This document shows positions 17,866 through 28,488 of a stretch of DNA of 64,000 nucleotides, piece by piece. The notes beneath the pieces were generated by a model. The model was not told the DNA's origin and searched no databases. It saw only the letters and a program-made list of their open reading frames with translations. The position numbers and the translations under genes are program-made. This DNA is from Bdellovibrionales bacterium (GTDB taxonomy: Bacteria; Bdellovibrionota; Bdellovibrionia; Bdellovibrionales; UBA1609). The DNA lies in the NCBI GenBank assembly GCA_041690295.1, contig JAWLHR010000001.1, positions 224,001-288,000 on the forward strand, given 5' to 3'. Positions within the stretch are counted from its first letter, which is position 1. Each line of letters starts with the position of its first letter.

Positions 17866-19696
17866 AGAGCAGGAAATAATCCTTCAGCTCGCGGCGGAGA
17901 TCACAGGTTTGGTGCCGACGGCCAAGACTCCGCCCACCGCGATTTTCGCGAATGTGGAGCGGCGAATGGCGGAGCTGGGAATTTCCTCGGTCGTGAAATA
18001 CCTCCAGCACGTGGATAAACATCCCGAGGAACACAGCCATCTCGTTTCGGCCTTGACCATTCACACGACGTCCTGGTTTCGCGAAAATCCCCACTTCGTG
18101 ATTTTTCAGGAAATGCTACTGGACACCGTCAAAAAGAATGAAACGTTCAAACTTTGGTGCGCCGCCTGTTCCACCGGTGAAGAAGTTTACTCCTTTGGTC
18201 TCATTCTTGAGGAATTTCGACGGGTGCATCCCGGATTCGATTACCGGATCCTTGGAACCGATATCGACCCGGTGTCCGTGGCCAGCGCCAAGCGGGCCAT
18301 TTATCCTAAAAAACAAATCGATTTTCACTTGAGCCGCTACAAACGCCACCTGCTGGAGGGCTCCGGTAAAACCGAAGGGTTGTTCACGGTATCCAAAGCC
18401 ATTCGTGATCGGTGTCAGTTCCGGATTCATGACTTGCGTTCGCCGCAATTGCTTGAAGAAGGGCCTTTTCACGCCTGTGTTTGCCGAAATGTTTTGATTT
18501 ATTTCCCCAATGAAACAGTGAACCTGGTGGTGGGCAATTTAGTGCGAAATCTGAAAAGCATGGGCCGGCTGTTATTGGGCCACAGCGAATCCGTTCCCAC
18601 CAGCGAACACGGACTCACTTCCGAAGGCCATTCCGTCTATATGAAGCGGCCGCCGAACCAAAGGGGTGAATCGAAGCCGACGACCAAGTACCGCATACTC
18701 AGTGTGGACGACTCATTAATGGCGAGAAAGTTTTTGGAAAAGACGTTCACCAATATGGGCTTTGAATCTATCACGGTGGCTTCCGGCTCCGAGGCCACCA
18801 ACTATTTAAATTTCAACGACGTTGACCTGGTCACACTGGATCTGCATATGCCGGATGTTTCCGGAGACAAATGGCTGGCTTCCGAACGGAGCGAAGGACT
18901 CCGAACTCCCGTCGTGATCATCAGCGAAACTCGAAGTGGCGAAGCCGCCGATGTGGTGAAGCTTCTCTCCCTTGGCGCCGATCATTTCATCGAGAAAAGT
19001 AAATTGTCCGAGAATCCCTTGGCCCTTAAAGAAACTCTTTTGGAGCTGATCCGCTCCGGTTTGAATTCGCGCTCAAAACCAGCGGTGCAAAGAAAAAACG
19101 CACCACCCAAGCAGCGTCCGCGGCTGATTATGATTGGTGCCAGTACCGGCGGTCCTCAGGCGTTGGTCAAAGTGCTGCAGAATATGCCCGCGGACGTGCC
19201 GCCGATCGTGATTACCCAACATATTTCACCAAAATTCGCTCGTCCTTTGGCCGAGCGACTTTCCGAAGTCTCAGGCTTGAGACTTGGCCCCAGCGAAGAT
19301 CACACCCGTCTGCTGCCAGGCCATATATATATGAGTTTCGGGGACTATCACTTGGGGATTGAAGAAGAAGACGAGGCTTTGATTTTACGGACTTCCACGG
19401 CGCCGCCGTTCAATGGCCATCGTCCCAGCGTGGACCACATGTTCAACTCCGTGATCGGATTGGAAGGGCCGTTGATGGCGATTCTGTTAACTGGCATGGG
19501 TCGCGACGGCTCCCTTGGACTTCGCTTTCTCCATAAGGAAGGTGTTTACTGCGTGGCTCAAAGCGAAGAGGATTGCGTGGTGTATGGCATGCCCCGCGAG
19601 GCCATTGAGCGTGGAGCGGTCAACTTCGTGGGCAATCTCGACGACATCCGCAATTTAATTATTAACGCCGTGAAACTCACCCGCGCGGCTTCATGA
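17852..19696 (+). CDS. CheR-REC-CheB fusion
   Basis: Che[50 protein letters not shown]; Che[25 protein letters not shown]. Confidence 0.92.
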   Translation: MISPKEQEIILQLAAEITGLVPTAKTPPTAIFANVERRMAELGISSVVKYLQHVDKHPEEHSHLVSALTIHTTSWFRENPHFVIFQEMLLDTVKKNETFKLWCAACSTGEEVYSFGLILEEFRRVHPGFDYRILGTDIDPVSVASAKRAIYPKKQIDFHLSRYKRHLLEGSGKTEGLFTVSKAIRDRCQFRIHDLRSPQLLEEGPFHACVCRNVLIYFPNETVNLVVGNLVRNLKSMGRLLLGHSESVPTSEHGLTSEGHSVYMKRPPNQRGESKPTTKYRILSVDDSLMARKFLEKTFTNMGFESITVASGSEATNYLNFNDVDLVTLDLHMPDVSGDKWLASERSEGLRTPVVIISETRSGEAADVVKLLSLGADHFIEKSKLSENPLALKETLLELIRSGLNSRSKPAVQRKNAPPKQRPRLIMIGASTGGPQALVKVLQNMPADVPPIVITQHISPKFARPLAERLSEVSGLRLGPSEDHTRLLPGHIYMSFGDYHLGIEEEDEALILRTSTAPPFNGHRPSVDHMFNSVIGLEGPLMAILLTGMGRDGSLGLRFLHKEGVYCVAQSEEDCVVYGMPREAIERGAVNFVGNLDDIRNLIINAVKLTRAAS

Positions 19697-20353
19697 TGGG
19701 CCCACGCTGAATCGGCCAACGCGAAGCTTGCGAACAATAACGATCGCCAAAATCAAGACGATGATGACCGCGATCACCATTTTGAATTGCTTTATATATT
19801 CAAGAATGGCTTCGCCATAAAAGGCCACGAGCAAAATTTGCGTGGGAACGGTCAGAAGAGCCGCGGTGCCATCAACCAGCCAGAATTTCCATTGCGGCAG
19901 GCGCGCCAGACCACAAGCGAGGTGACCGGGAAACCGTAAGCCCGGCGTAAAGCGAAAAACTCCCGCCATCCACGCCCCATATTTTTGAATCAGACTTTCG
20001 GCCCGTTTGAAGACCGCGCTCTCAACCAAGCGTTTGAGCTTTTCGGACCGGCGCAAATAATACCCGCCGAAACGGCCAAGCCAATAAATAAGCAGATCAC
20101 TTAAGAACACCGCGAGAAAGCTGACGACCGCCAAAGTGTACGGATTCACCGGTTCAGCGCCGGGATAAGGCGGTGGATAATCCTCGGGGTGCAAAGCAAA
20201 ATGACCCACGATACCGGCGGCGATCAAAGTCACCTCTTCCGGTATGGGAAGACCGAAACTTGAGGCCGTTAACATGGCGAAGATGAACCCATAAACCAAC
20301 CATGGTTCATAAGCATAAGCCGTCAAGAGCTCGATGATTTCTTGCTGGGACAT
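19691..20353 (-). CDS. DedA family membrane protein
   Basis: GLPIPEEVTLIAAG, SDLLIYWLGR, RFTPGLR. Confidence 0.92.
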   Translation of the reverse strand: MSQQEIIELLTAYAYEPWLVYGFIFAMLTASSFGLPIPEEVTLIAAGIVGHFALHPEDYPPPYPGAEPVNPYTLAVVSFLAVFLSDLLIYWLGRFGGYYLRRSEKLKRLVESAVFKRAESLIQKYGAWMAGVFRFTPGLRFPGHLACGLARLPQWKFWLVDGTAALLTVPTQILLVAFYGEAILEYIKQFKMVIAVIIVLILAIVIVRKLRVGRFSVGPS

Positions 20354-20532
20354 GAATTATGAGGTTAGCAGTTGGTGTGTTAGACAGGCCAGTGAATCAT
20401 TCTCTGATGCGGCTTTTCGCAAGCTTAGGTCCAGATGGCCAAAGGCCACCGCGCGTGGCCATCGACCCAGTTCGAGAAGACTGATCGCTCATTTCGCGGT
20501 GAGGCCCCGAGCCAGCCTTGATGTGAACCGCA

Positions 20533-20552
20533 ACAAGTCCCGGGACCAGTTC
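20533..20552 (+). repeat. Palindromic repeat copy 1 (ACAAGTCCCGGGACCAGTTC)
   Basis: Identical 20-mer at 21361, 47453 and 48490. Confidence 0.9.
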
Positions 20553-20590
20553 ACTGCGGGCTGATGTGCCTATCGATTGAATAAAACGAC

Positions 20591-21289
20591 TCAATGGCTA
20601 GGTTTTTCAAAAACCGCGAGGATTCCAACAAATCCCTTTTCGCGAGCTTCCTCTACTTTTCTGTCGAAGTAGTTTTTAAAAAACGGCTCACGCCGAAAAA
20701 TCCATTTAGCCACGTACATATTAATTGAACTGGCGATGCTGAATAGGTTCCCGTGAACGACCATCTTTGTCGTGGCAAACCCTGCGGCCGATGACAGGGC
20801 TTGGAGCTGATCAAGAGAGTAATGCCGATGTCCGATGAGCCACCATGCGGGATCGCCGACGCAACTCCAAAAACCTTTAAAAGGCGTAGAAAGATAAAGT
20901 CGCCCGATCGGTTTAAGAACTCGATGGATCTCCGAGAAAAAGATGTTCTCCGTATTCTTCGGAATATGCTCAATCACTTCCCACGCCGATATCGTGTCAA
21001 AGTGATGATCCGGAAACGGAAGTTTTAGAACATTCGCCACCATGAACTCCGCCCGAGGATCTCGAATGTGTTGTTTCGCCGTTTGAATGTCCGCTTCCGT
21101 AATATCGAGACCCACAACTCGGCGTGGCTCGAACTCAAGGACCGTTAGAACAAAGCTGCCAAAGCCACAACCGACATCCAAAACCAATTTGTTAGTGAAA
21201 TCTTCGACCTGGACAAAATCGCGGATCAGACGGGGAAAACCTCGCTGGCTTGTGTAGCTTTCCGGTGTTAGATGCAAAATGTTTCGCAT
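20591..21289 (-). CDS. Class I SAM-dependent methyltransferase
   Basis: VLDVGCGFG, LPFPDHHFD, EVIEH, RVLKPIG, LSTP. Confidence 0.92.
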   Translation of the reverse strand: MRNILHLTPESYTSQRGFPRLIRDFVQVEDFTNKLVLDVGCGFGSFVLTVLEFEPRRVVGLDITEADIQTAKQHIRDPRAEFMVANVLKLPFPDHHFDTISAWEVIEHIPKNTENIFFSEIHRVLKPIGRLYLSTPFKGFWSCVGDPAWWLIGHRHYSLDQLQALSSAAGFATTKMVVHGNLFSIASSINMYVAKWIFRREPFFKNYFDRKVEEAREKGFVGILAVFEKPSH

Positions 21290-21360
21290 GGATTAATGAT
21301 AACGAGCCAGCGTCCCCGGGGCAGCCGGTAATTGACATTTTCTACCTTCAATTAAGGTCC

Positions 21361-21380
21361 ACAAGTCCCGGGACCAGTTC
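21361..21380 (+). repeat. Palindromic repeat copy 2
   Basis: ACAAGTCCCGGGACCAGTTC, direct repeat of 20533-20552. Confidence 0.9.
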
Positions 21381-21464
21381 TGTTTTCAATCTAAGGGTGC
21401 ATTTGAGGTTCTCCCAATTACAAGTTGAATGAAAAGTGAGGGCGATTAAGCCTCAGGCTAGGTT

Positions 21465-21526
21465 TTTGGTAGGGACTGCCGGGATCGAACCGACGACATC
21501 CACCTTGTAAGGGTGGCGCTCTACCA
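21465..21526 (-). repeat. att-like duplication of the 3' 60 nt of tRNA-Val
   Basis: 62 bp identical to 23446-23507; lacks the first 16 nt of the tRNA. Confidence 0.93.
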
Positions 21527-22004
21527 GATCACAAGATTTTGAAGGGATTGCGGCGAGATTGGGGCAGTCATTTAAGATGTACGGCATGGTCCTCCCTGCG
21601 CTTTGCGAGGAGGACGTGTCTTAGGCCGCCAGGTGGCGGACGACGACTAGGATTAACGGGCAGGTACCCCACACATAGCAGCATCGCTTCGCGTAACCTA
21701 CCCACCTGTGCTTGGCCGAAGCCACCAGAGACAGCGTGTGGTTGTGCCTCAGGTATTGGACGCTCAGCCCTTTAGCATCTTGCTGAAGCACTTGATGGGC
21801 GTGCGCGACCTAGGGCAGCAAGCGAGCAGAAGAATGTGCCTGCCGGGCCCATCATTGCGCCAGCGCCGAGAATGATAGTCACGGTGGTGGCAGGATTCTC
21901 GGCCATCTCCTTTAGCGCCGGTTTCAGGGGACCAAAGAAAACCCCAAACGCCACGCTAGTGAGCGTTATCAATCCTGCGATTTTGGCGTCGGCGAGTTTG
22001 CCTT

Positions 22005-22097
22005 CATAGCAGCGCTCGAATGACTGAGAAGTACATCAAGAAGAAGTATCCAAAGAGCCTTATGGCGTGGGCAAAGACGAAAAATCAATCTGGCTGA
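22005..22097 (+). pseudogene. Possible C-terminal fragment of a tyrosine recombinase
   Basis: Translates HSSARMTEKYIKKKYPKSLMAWAKTKNQSG*, resembling the box II H-x5-T-x2-Y motif. Confidence 0.4.
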
Positions 22098-22175
22098 AGA
22101 TTTGACACCAAAAATGGCATTCCACATGCAGATGATCTTTGAATGCCAAATGTTCTGGAAACGAGGTAAACGGAT

Positions 22176-23153
22176 ATGCGATCAGTCGTCATTTGTCTCC
22201 TTTTGACAGTCACCTGCCATGCATATGGTGCCGATAATGGTCACTCCTGGATTGGCTTTAAACAGTCAAATGATCCCGCTATTCCAGAAGCGATTCGGAA
22301 GGCCGCTGAATCCGTCTTTCAAATTGTCTATCCGCATGGTGTACCTGAAGTAAAAGATGTTTCTGGAATCGATGTTAAGACAATGTCCACCGCCGATGGC
22401 GAGTGGTTTAAAATTGTTCAAGTCAAAGTCTGTCAAAATCAAAAAATTAAGAACTGTCCCATCATGCCGAAGATGTACACGGGCACGGCATTCCTGGTAC
22501 GTGACGGGCAAACTGTAGCAACAAACCTGCACAACATTCAGTCTTGGCTCTACTACGCCAAAAAACATAATCCTGAAATCTCTGTCGAGGACGTCCAGGC
22601 GCCAATTTTACTCCTCGATGAAAATCAAGATCTTGCGTTCAGCCCAATACAAACTGAATTTACGCTGAAGTTATCATACTACAACAAAGCCGCGGCTATT
22701 TTCTCACAAGAATATCCATGGAATGGTGGAGACAGCATGGTGCTATTCAGAGTCAGCGATTACGTCGAATTACGTGCAAGTGTCGTCTCTGATCGTACGC
22801 CTTTAAAGCTGGGCAAGATCACTGATCGGAATGAACCTCTGTATATGGTTGGTTTTCCCAACCCTACGAATGTGTTCGCACAGCACGGAGGAATAGATTC
22901 GCCGGGCTATGGGCGATGGACTTCGGTAGGTAACTTGCTGCCTAGAACTAACCTTATGAACATTAACATCCTGACATCAAATCCAGCAGCACCAGGATCG
23001 AGTGGTAGCCCATTGCTCAACCTCAAAGGCGAGGTTGTAGCCATCTTATTTGCGGGTGACAGTACCAACGTGGGCGGTGTATTGCGTACTGAAGCACAGT
23101 ACCTGCAGGTTGATCCAATTCAGATGCAAAGCGTTTGGCGGCAGTTCCAGTAA
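22176..23153 (+). CDS. Secreted trypsin-like (S1) serine protease
   Basis: Signal peptide; GTAFLV, ATNLHN (His), SDY (Asp), PGSSGSP (Ser); RBS GAGGT. Confidence 0.88.
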   Translation: MRSVVICLLLTVTCHAYGADNGHSWIGFKQSNDPAIPEAIRKAAESVFQIVYPHGVPEVKDVSGIDVKTMSTADGEWFKIVQVKVCQNQKIKNCPIMPKMYTGTAFLVRDGQTVATNLHNIQSWLYYAKKHNPEISVEDVQAPILLLDENQDLAFSPIQTEFTLKLSYYNKAAAIFSQEYPWNGGDSMVLFRVSDYVELRASVVSDRTPLKLGKITDRNEPLYMVGFPNPTNVFAQHGGIDSPGYGRWTSVGNLLPRTNLMNINILTSNPAAPGSSGSPLLNLKGEVVAILFAGDSTNVGGVLRTEAQYLQVDPIQMQSVWRQFQ

Positions 23154-23165
23154 TTCGACTTCAAG

Positions 23166-23399
23166 TTAGAATCTAGGCTTATTAGGAGCCTTAGGGCTGA
23201 GTAGTAACGAGGCGTTCAAAAAACGCTCATGTTTCGCTTCAGCTTCTACTTTTTGTTTCGCTCGCGCCACTCGTGTCCGGCTCGCTTCGATGACATCAGG
23301 CAGATTTAAACATTCATGAATAGAGATCGCCCACTTTAACCCGTCAGGTATATCGGCGTATTTAAGATTGCGTTTGGAGAAGCCAAGGACTTTGCCCAT
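23166..23399 (-). CDS. Small hypothetical protein in the island
   Basis: 77-aa ORF MGKVLGFSKRN... just downstream of the tRNA; no recognisable motif. Confidence 0.4.
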   Translation of the reverse strand: MGKVLGFSKRNLKYADIPDGLKWAISIHECLNLPDVIEASRTRVARAKQKVEAEAKHERFLNASLLLSPKAPNKPRF

Positions 23400-23447
23400 C
23401 GCTCTACCAATTTCACATTTCGATTTGTTTTGTGATTTCAAGAAGTT

Positions 23448-23523
23448 TGGTAGGGACTGCCGGGATCGAACCGACGACATCCACCTTGTAAGGGTGGCGC
23501 TCTACCAACTGAGCTAAGTCCCT
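23448..23523 (-). tRNA. tRNA-Val(TAC)
   Basis: AGGGACTTAGCTCAGTTGGTAGAGCGCCACCCTTACAAGGTGGATGTCGTCGGTTCGATCCCGGCAGTCCCTACCA; 76 nt cloverleaf with encoded CCA. Confidence 0.97.
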
Positions 23524-23577
23524 AAAAAGAGCGCATAAATTACATAAGCGCGCCCTTCTTGTCGACAGGAATATTTT

Positions 23578-24087
23578 CTATTCTTCCAGCTCTTCGATCG
23601 GTTGCCGAACCAGGCGGAACTGGGTCCGGTTCGTGTGATCCGAATACATCTCTTCGATGGTCAGGATGGGCACCAACTGGCTGATTTGGCAGTTGAAATT
23701 CTTATTGAAATGAAATTTCAACGAGGCCTTCATCGGCTGCACTTCTTCCGCCCGGGGCCACAGGTAAATGCTGATGTACCGGGACCGGGGCCAAAGAAAG
23801 GACCATCCGTCGGAAAGAAGCGTGCCCCGCGGGCTGTAACGGGAGATCTGCATCGTTCCCATTCCGTAGTACTCACCAACCGTGATCTTGATCTCAACGG
23901 TGTCTTGATCCGTCCGCCCCTTCAGAACATAGGTTCCATCGAGCGCGGCCCACTCCGCCGGGCACCCTTCAGCCCAAGGAAACGGCCACGGCAGCGGCAA
24001 TCCTTCCGCATAAGGCCGGAATTCTTCGGCCCAAGCCAATTGGCCCGCCAACACTATGCCAAGAATGCAGATCAGCTTTTTGATCAT
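23578..24087 (-). CDS. Secreted hypothetical protein
   Basis: Start MIKKLIC after GAGGGAG; signal ending AWA; PLPWPFPWA motif. Confidence 0.75.
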   Translation of the reverse strand: MIKKLICILGIVLAGQLAWAEEFRPYAEGLPLPWPFPWAEGCPAEWAALDGTYVLKGRTDQDTVEIKITVGEYYGMGTMQISRYSPRGTLLSDGWSFLWPRSRYISIYLWPRAEEVQPMKASLKFHFNKNFNCQISQLVPILTIEEMYSDHTNRTQFRLVRQPIEELEE

Positions 24088-24097
24088 GTCCGCTCCC

Positions 24098-25219
24098 TCA
24101 TTGTTCGATGGATACCTTCGCATTGCGATTCAAGTAGTACCCATTTTTCGCGCGGTAAATGTACTTGGGCTTATCGAAATCCGGCTCAATCAACTGACGC
24201 AACCGCTTGATGGTCACGTAAATCTTATTGTCATGAACCGAAGGATCGTACTCCTGTTTCCATACCGCTTTGACTAATGCTTCTTTTGAATAGACTTCGC
24301 CGGGGTTTCGCAAAAAGAGCTTTAAGAGATCCAACAGGATGAATTGGTTCTTGAAGTCTATTTTCCCTTTTTTACGTTCAATTAATGAATTTGAAGTTGA
24401 ATGAAAGACGAGGTCAAAATGATTTTCGCCTTTTCCTGATATTTTTCGGTTAAGTTCATCAATTTTGCGTAAAAGAAAAACAAAATTGTTCGGGTCAGCC
24501 ATCTGCTGCGCCAATCTCAGGTAAGTTCTCGCCAGATCCGTGTCACCGGCTTCCGCGTACGCATACCCCATGGCGAAAAGTAAACTCACATAGGTGTAAA
24601 GGTTCTTCTGGTTTTTAAGAGCCTCAAAGGCTTTCCAGAAAAGCTCCAGCGCCTCGTCATAACGTTTCATGCTGACGAGAATGTAGCCGTTCAAAATCTG
24701 CGACGAGACTTCGAGATCGTGAAGTTTCAAAACCTGGAAGAAAACGCGAAGATTGTAGAGCTCTTTTAAAGCATCATCTGTCCGTCCGAGGCTCCAATAA
24801 ACCGCCGCCAAACCGTGAATCGCGTAACACATGTCCTCTTTCGAGTCCTTGGACAAAGCCAGCGCCAAGGCCCGCTCAAGATGTTCAAGCGCTTTAGCGA
24901 ACTCACCCCGGTAAGAGGCGACCAAAGCCAATGTGTAGTGCGTTGTACTGTTCAATTCGATGTTTTCTTTGACGACGTATTCGTTCAGCTTGTCCTTGAT
25001 GGACTGTATGCCTTTCTGGTTCTCCATTTCGGCATACATCCTAAGCATCAGCGTCTGACACTTGATGAAAAGGGTGTGTTCGCGGGCGTCAGCGTAAAGT
25101 TTCGCCGCGTCTTCAAGTTTTTCTATGGAACCTTTGAAATCCCCGAGTTCCCATTTGAGCTTACCCAGCTCAAACAGTTCCCCCGCGATTGATTTGGCAC
25201 GGTCACTCTTGGCGTCCAA
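24098..25219 (-). CDS. TPR repeat + C-terminal OmpR-type winged-helix regulator
   Basis: TPR helices then VYSKEALVKAVW...IYVTIKRLRQLIEPD..KPKYI....GY; GGGGGG RBS before TTG. Confidence 0.88.
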   Translation of the reverse strand: MDAKSDRAKSIAGELFELGKLKWELGDFKGSIEKLEDAAKLYADAREHTLFIKCQTLMLRMYAEMENQKGIQSIKDKLNEYVVKENIELNSTTHYTLALVASYRGEFAKALEHLERALALALSKDSKEDMCYAIHGLAAVYWSLGRTDDALKELYNLRVFFQVLKLHDLEVSSQILNGYILVSMKRYDEALELFWKAFEALKNQKNLYTYVSLLFAMGYAYAEAGDTDLARTYLRLAQQMADPNNFVFLLRKIDELNRKISGKGENHFDLVFHSTSNSLIERKKGKIDFKNQFILLDLLKLFLRNPGEVYSKEALVKAVWKQEYDPSVHDNKIYVTIKRLRQLIEPDFDKPKYIYRAKNGYYLNRNAKVSIEQ

Positions 25220-25292
25220 ATCTGCCCCCCTTTGCTTTTTTTTATTTCACTCCGTCTAAATTTCACAAGAGAATCTCTGGGAGAGCCCGTGG

Positions 25293-25883
25293 TTGTGGGT
25301 TTTACAGGGTTTTACAGTAACACGTGGCGCAAGCTTTACATCGAGGTGTGCTCTGATCATTAGAAGTTTACGTGAGTCTGAGCCGTCGGCCGTACGCCCG
25401 CTTATACGTGACATTTTTTTTCTTTCTGCTGATCCGCGCAATGTCAGTGACGACGAAGACAAGAACGAAGCCTTTTTTAAAAAATGGACCGATTATTATC
25501 TGACTCGGGAGCCCGAGAACACGCTCCTGGCTTGGATCGGCGACCGCATGGCCGGTTATCTGAGTGCCGGAGATAGCTTTAAAGCCCTACCCTATTACGA
25601 ATCCGTCAATCCGAGCTTTTCACTTTTCTCCGATCTCTTTGAAAAGTATCCGGTTCATTTGCATATGAATTGCCACCCGGATTTCCGCGGCCAGGGCGTG
25701 GGTGGCGCGCTCATCGAACACTTAGTGCGAAAGCTCAAAGAGAAAAACACGCCGGGAGTTCATCTCGTCACTTCGCCCGGCCTTAGAAACGTCGGTTTTT
25801 ATACGAAAAACGGTTTCGATTTTCAGCTCGTCCGCGAGTGGAAATCGAAACCGCTTTTATTCATGGGTCGCGCGCTAGACTAG
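25293..25883 (+). CDS. GNAT N-acetyltransferase (true start probably near 25353)
   Basis: [32 protein letters not shown] at 25343 precedes an in-frame CTG. Confidence 0.85.
   Translation: MWVLQGFTVTRGASFTSRCALIIRSLRESEPSAVRPLIRDIFFLSADPRNVSDDEDKNEAFFKKWTDYYLTREPENTLLAWIGDRMAGYLSAGDSFKALPYYESVNPSFSLFSDLFEKYPVHLHMNCHPDFRGQGVGGALIEHLVRKLKEKNTPGVHLVTSPGLRNVGFYTKNGFDFQLVREWKSKPLLFMGRALD
25297..25316. promoter_or_regulatory. Tandem 10-bp direct repeat, candidate winged-helix operator
   Basis: GGGTTTTACA GGGTTTTACA between the divergent regulator and GNAT genes. Confidence 0.45.
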
Positions 25884-28321
25884 TGCGTTTGTTGCGTGTG
25901 GCCGGTGTACTGCGCCTTAAGCCCCGAGCCACGATCGTTGCGGAATTTGAAAATCTCTTTGGCATGTTTCACGTCGAGCGCGTTCACCAGCACCTGATCG
26001 ACATGATCGACCAAGATGATCTTCAAATCCTTGGCGATCTCCTTCGGAATATCCTTGAGATCTTTCTCGTTTTCCTTGGGCACGATCACCGTGCGGATGC
26101 CTCCGCGGTGGGCGGCGAGAATTTTCTCTTTAAGCCCGCCGATCGCCAGTACTCGTCCACGTAAAGTCACTTCACCGGTCATCGCCACATGGCGCTTAAC
26201 CGGTGTGCGCATCAACGACGACACGATACTGGTTGTGATCGCGATTCCCGCCGACGGACCATCTTTGGGAATCGCCCCTTCGGGCACGTGAATGTGCACA
26301 TCGGTGTTCGCGAAATATTCTTTGTCTATGCCGAAGAGCGGTCCCCGTGAACGCACGTAACTCATGGCCGCGGAGCACGACTCTTTCATCACGTCGCCCA
26401 GCTGTCCGGTCACGGTGAACTTGCCTTTACCGGGCACAACCGAGACTTCCACGACCAACAAGTCGCCGCCCACTTCGGTCCAAGCCAAACCGTTGGTGAG
26501 ACCGATCTCGTTGGCGCCCTCGATCTTACCGAACTTGAATTTGTTCTGACCGAGGTAATCCACCACCTTCTTCGGCGTGATTTGGTACGACGATGATTTA
26601 GTGCGCTTCGAGCTGCTCTTCATTTCTTCGCGAACGATATCTTTAGCGAGTTTACGGCAAACGGTCGCGATCTGGCGCTCAAGATTCCTCACTCCCGCCT
26701 CACGGGTGTAAGAGCGGATGATTTCCTTGATGGCCGGCTCGGTGAAGGTCACCTTGCGGTCTTTAAGACCATGCATCTCGATCTGCTTGGGAATCAGATA
26801 GCGTTTGGCGATATTGAATTTCTCGCTCTCCGTGTATCCCTCAAGTTGAATGACTTCCATCCGGTCGAGAAGCGGACGCGGAATCGGATGCAACGAGTTC
26901 GCCGTGGTGATGAACATCACGGGCGAGAGATCGTAATCGACTTCCAGATAGTGGTCTTGGAAGGCGTTGTTTTGTTCCGGATCCAACACCTCAAGCAAAG
27001 CCGCCGATGGATCGCCACGGAAATCCATGCTCATCTTATCGACTTCGTCGAGAAGGATCAGCGGATTGCCTTTATCAACCTTCCGCATGGCCTGAATGAT
27101 TTTACCGGGCATGGCGCCGACGTAGGTTTTGCGGTGACCGCGGATTTCCGCTTCATCACGCACACCGCCCAACGAAATCCGCGTGAACGGACGGTTCAAT
27201 GAACGCGCCACGGACCGGGCAAGAGAGGTTTTACCGACACCGGGCGGTCCCACCAAACAAAGGATCGGGCCACGCAGCTTATCGGTCAGCGATTGCACGG
27301 CCAGGTGTTCGAGGATCCGCTCTTTAACTTTTTCCAATCCCCAGTGGTCTTCGTCGAGAATCCGCTCGGCTTCGGCGATATCGTGCTTTTCTTCCGCATA
27401 GTCTTTCCACGGAAGATCCAACATCCAATCGATGTAGTTGCGCACCACCGTGGCTTCGGCGCTCATCGGCGACATCATGCGCAGCTTTTTAATTTCCTTG
27501 CGCACGCGCTCGGCGGCTTCTTTGGTCCACTTCTTCTTGGAGGCGCGCTCTTCCAACTCCTGCAGCTCGGCCTGGTAGTCGTCCTTCTCGCCAAGCTCCT
27601 TCTGAATCGCCTGCATCTGCTCGTTGAGGTAGTACTCTTTCTGCGATTTCTCCATCTGCTTTTTGACCCGGTTGCGGATCTTTTTCTCGACTTCGAGAAT
27701 TTCGATCTCACTGGTCATCAAATTGAGCAGCTCCTCAAGGCGCTGGCCCGGATCAAAGATCTCGAGAATTTTCTGTTTGTCTTCGAGCTTCAAGTTGAGT
27801 TGGGCAACGATGATGTCGGCCAATTCCCCGATCTCATCGATGGTTGAAACCCGCATCAGGATTTCCGGCGGAATCCGCTTGTTGAGTTTCACATAAGTTT
27901 CAAATGTTGATTTCACCGAACGAACCAAAGCTTTGGCTTCGGTTTCATTGCTGATGGTCTCAACGATGTCCTCGCAATCGACCATGAAGAAGCCATCGAC
28001 TTGCACGAAGTCTTTGATGCGAACCCGGCGTTTGCCTTCGACCAGAACTTTCACCGTGCCGTCGGGAAGACGCAATAACTGGATGATCGTGCCCACGGTG
28101 CCCACGGAGTAAATGTCGCGCGGTTCGGGATTATTCGTCTTCGCGTCCCGTTGGGCCGCCAAAACGATATCCGTTTGTTTGCTCATCGCTTCTTCCAAAG
28201 CGTTGATGCTTTTTTCACGACCGACGAACAATGGCATCATCATGTGCGGAAAAATGATCAAGTCGCGAAGCGGGAGCAACGGTAACTTTTGTGTACCGGT
28301 TGAGCCAGGCGTGGCACTCAT
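25880..28321 (-). CDS. lon: Lon protease
   Basis: [38 protein letters not shown]. Confidence 0.98.
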   Translation of the reverse strand: MSATPGSTGTQKLPLLPLRDLIIFPHMMMPLFVGREKSINALEEAMSKQTDIVLAAQRDAKTNNPEPRDIYSVGTVGTIIQLLRLPDGTVKVLVEGKRRVRIKDFVQVDGFFMVDCEDIVETISNETEAKALVRSVKSTFETYVKLNKRIPPEILMRVSTIDEIGELADIIVAQLNLKLEDKQKILEIFDPGQRLEELLNLMTSEIEILEVEKKIRNRVKKQMEKSQKEYYLNEQMQAIQKELGEKDDYQAELQELEERASKKKWTKEAAERVRKEIKKLRMMSPMSAEATVVRNYIDWMLDLPWKDYAEEKHDIAEAERILDEDHWGLEKVKERILEHLAVQSLTDKLRGPILCLVGPPGVGKTSLARSVARSLNRPFTRISLGGVRDEAEIRGHRKTYVGAMPGKIIQAMRKVDKGNPLILLDEVDKMSMDFRGDPSAALLEVLDPEQNNAFQDHYLEVDYDLSPVMFITTANSLHPIPRPLLDRMEVIQLEGYTESEKFNIAKRYLIPKQIEMHGLKDRKVTFTEPAIKEIIRSYTREAGVRNLERQIATVCRKLAKDIVREEMKSSSKRTKSSSYQITPKKVVDYLGQNKFKFGKIEGANEIGLTNGLAWTEVGGDLLVVEVSVVPGKGKFTVTGQLGDVMKESCSAAMSYVRSRGPLFGIDKEYFANTDVHIHVPEGAIPKDGPSAGIAITTSIVSSLMRTPVKRHVAMTGEVTLRGRVLAIGGLKEKILAAHRGGIRTVIVPKENEKDLKDIPKEIAKDLKIILVDHVDQVLVNALDVKHAKEIFKFRNDRGSGLKAQYTGHTQQTH

Positions 28322-28488
28322 TCAGTTCTCCTCGTCTAGGTTTTGATGGATGCTGCAACGGCCGCCCTAGCCGGCCTTTGCCGCATGGACTCCACCCTTG
28401 AACTCATTTTGAGGCCAAACCGGAACTCCGTCAAAGTAAGATTTTACTCGGCGATCGGCCGCGAAGGTCGCCCTTTGCGGCGCTCTGG

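Larger units (their letters stand above)
21465..23507. mobile_element. ~2 kb tRNA-Val-integrated island remnant without an intact integrase
   Basis: Bounded by the 62-bp direct repeat; interior looks AT-richer than flanks; protease cargo and gene fragments. Confidence 0.8.

Noticed and set aside
21467..21526. Second functional tRNA-Val
   Set aside because: Lacks the first 16 nt including the 5' acceptor strand; it is an att-type duplication.
21540..21770. Structured RNA or oriT in the island (GTCCTCC...GGAGGAC and CCGCCA-GG-TGGCGG stems)
   Set aside because: Stems are short and match no motif I can identify.
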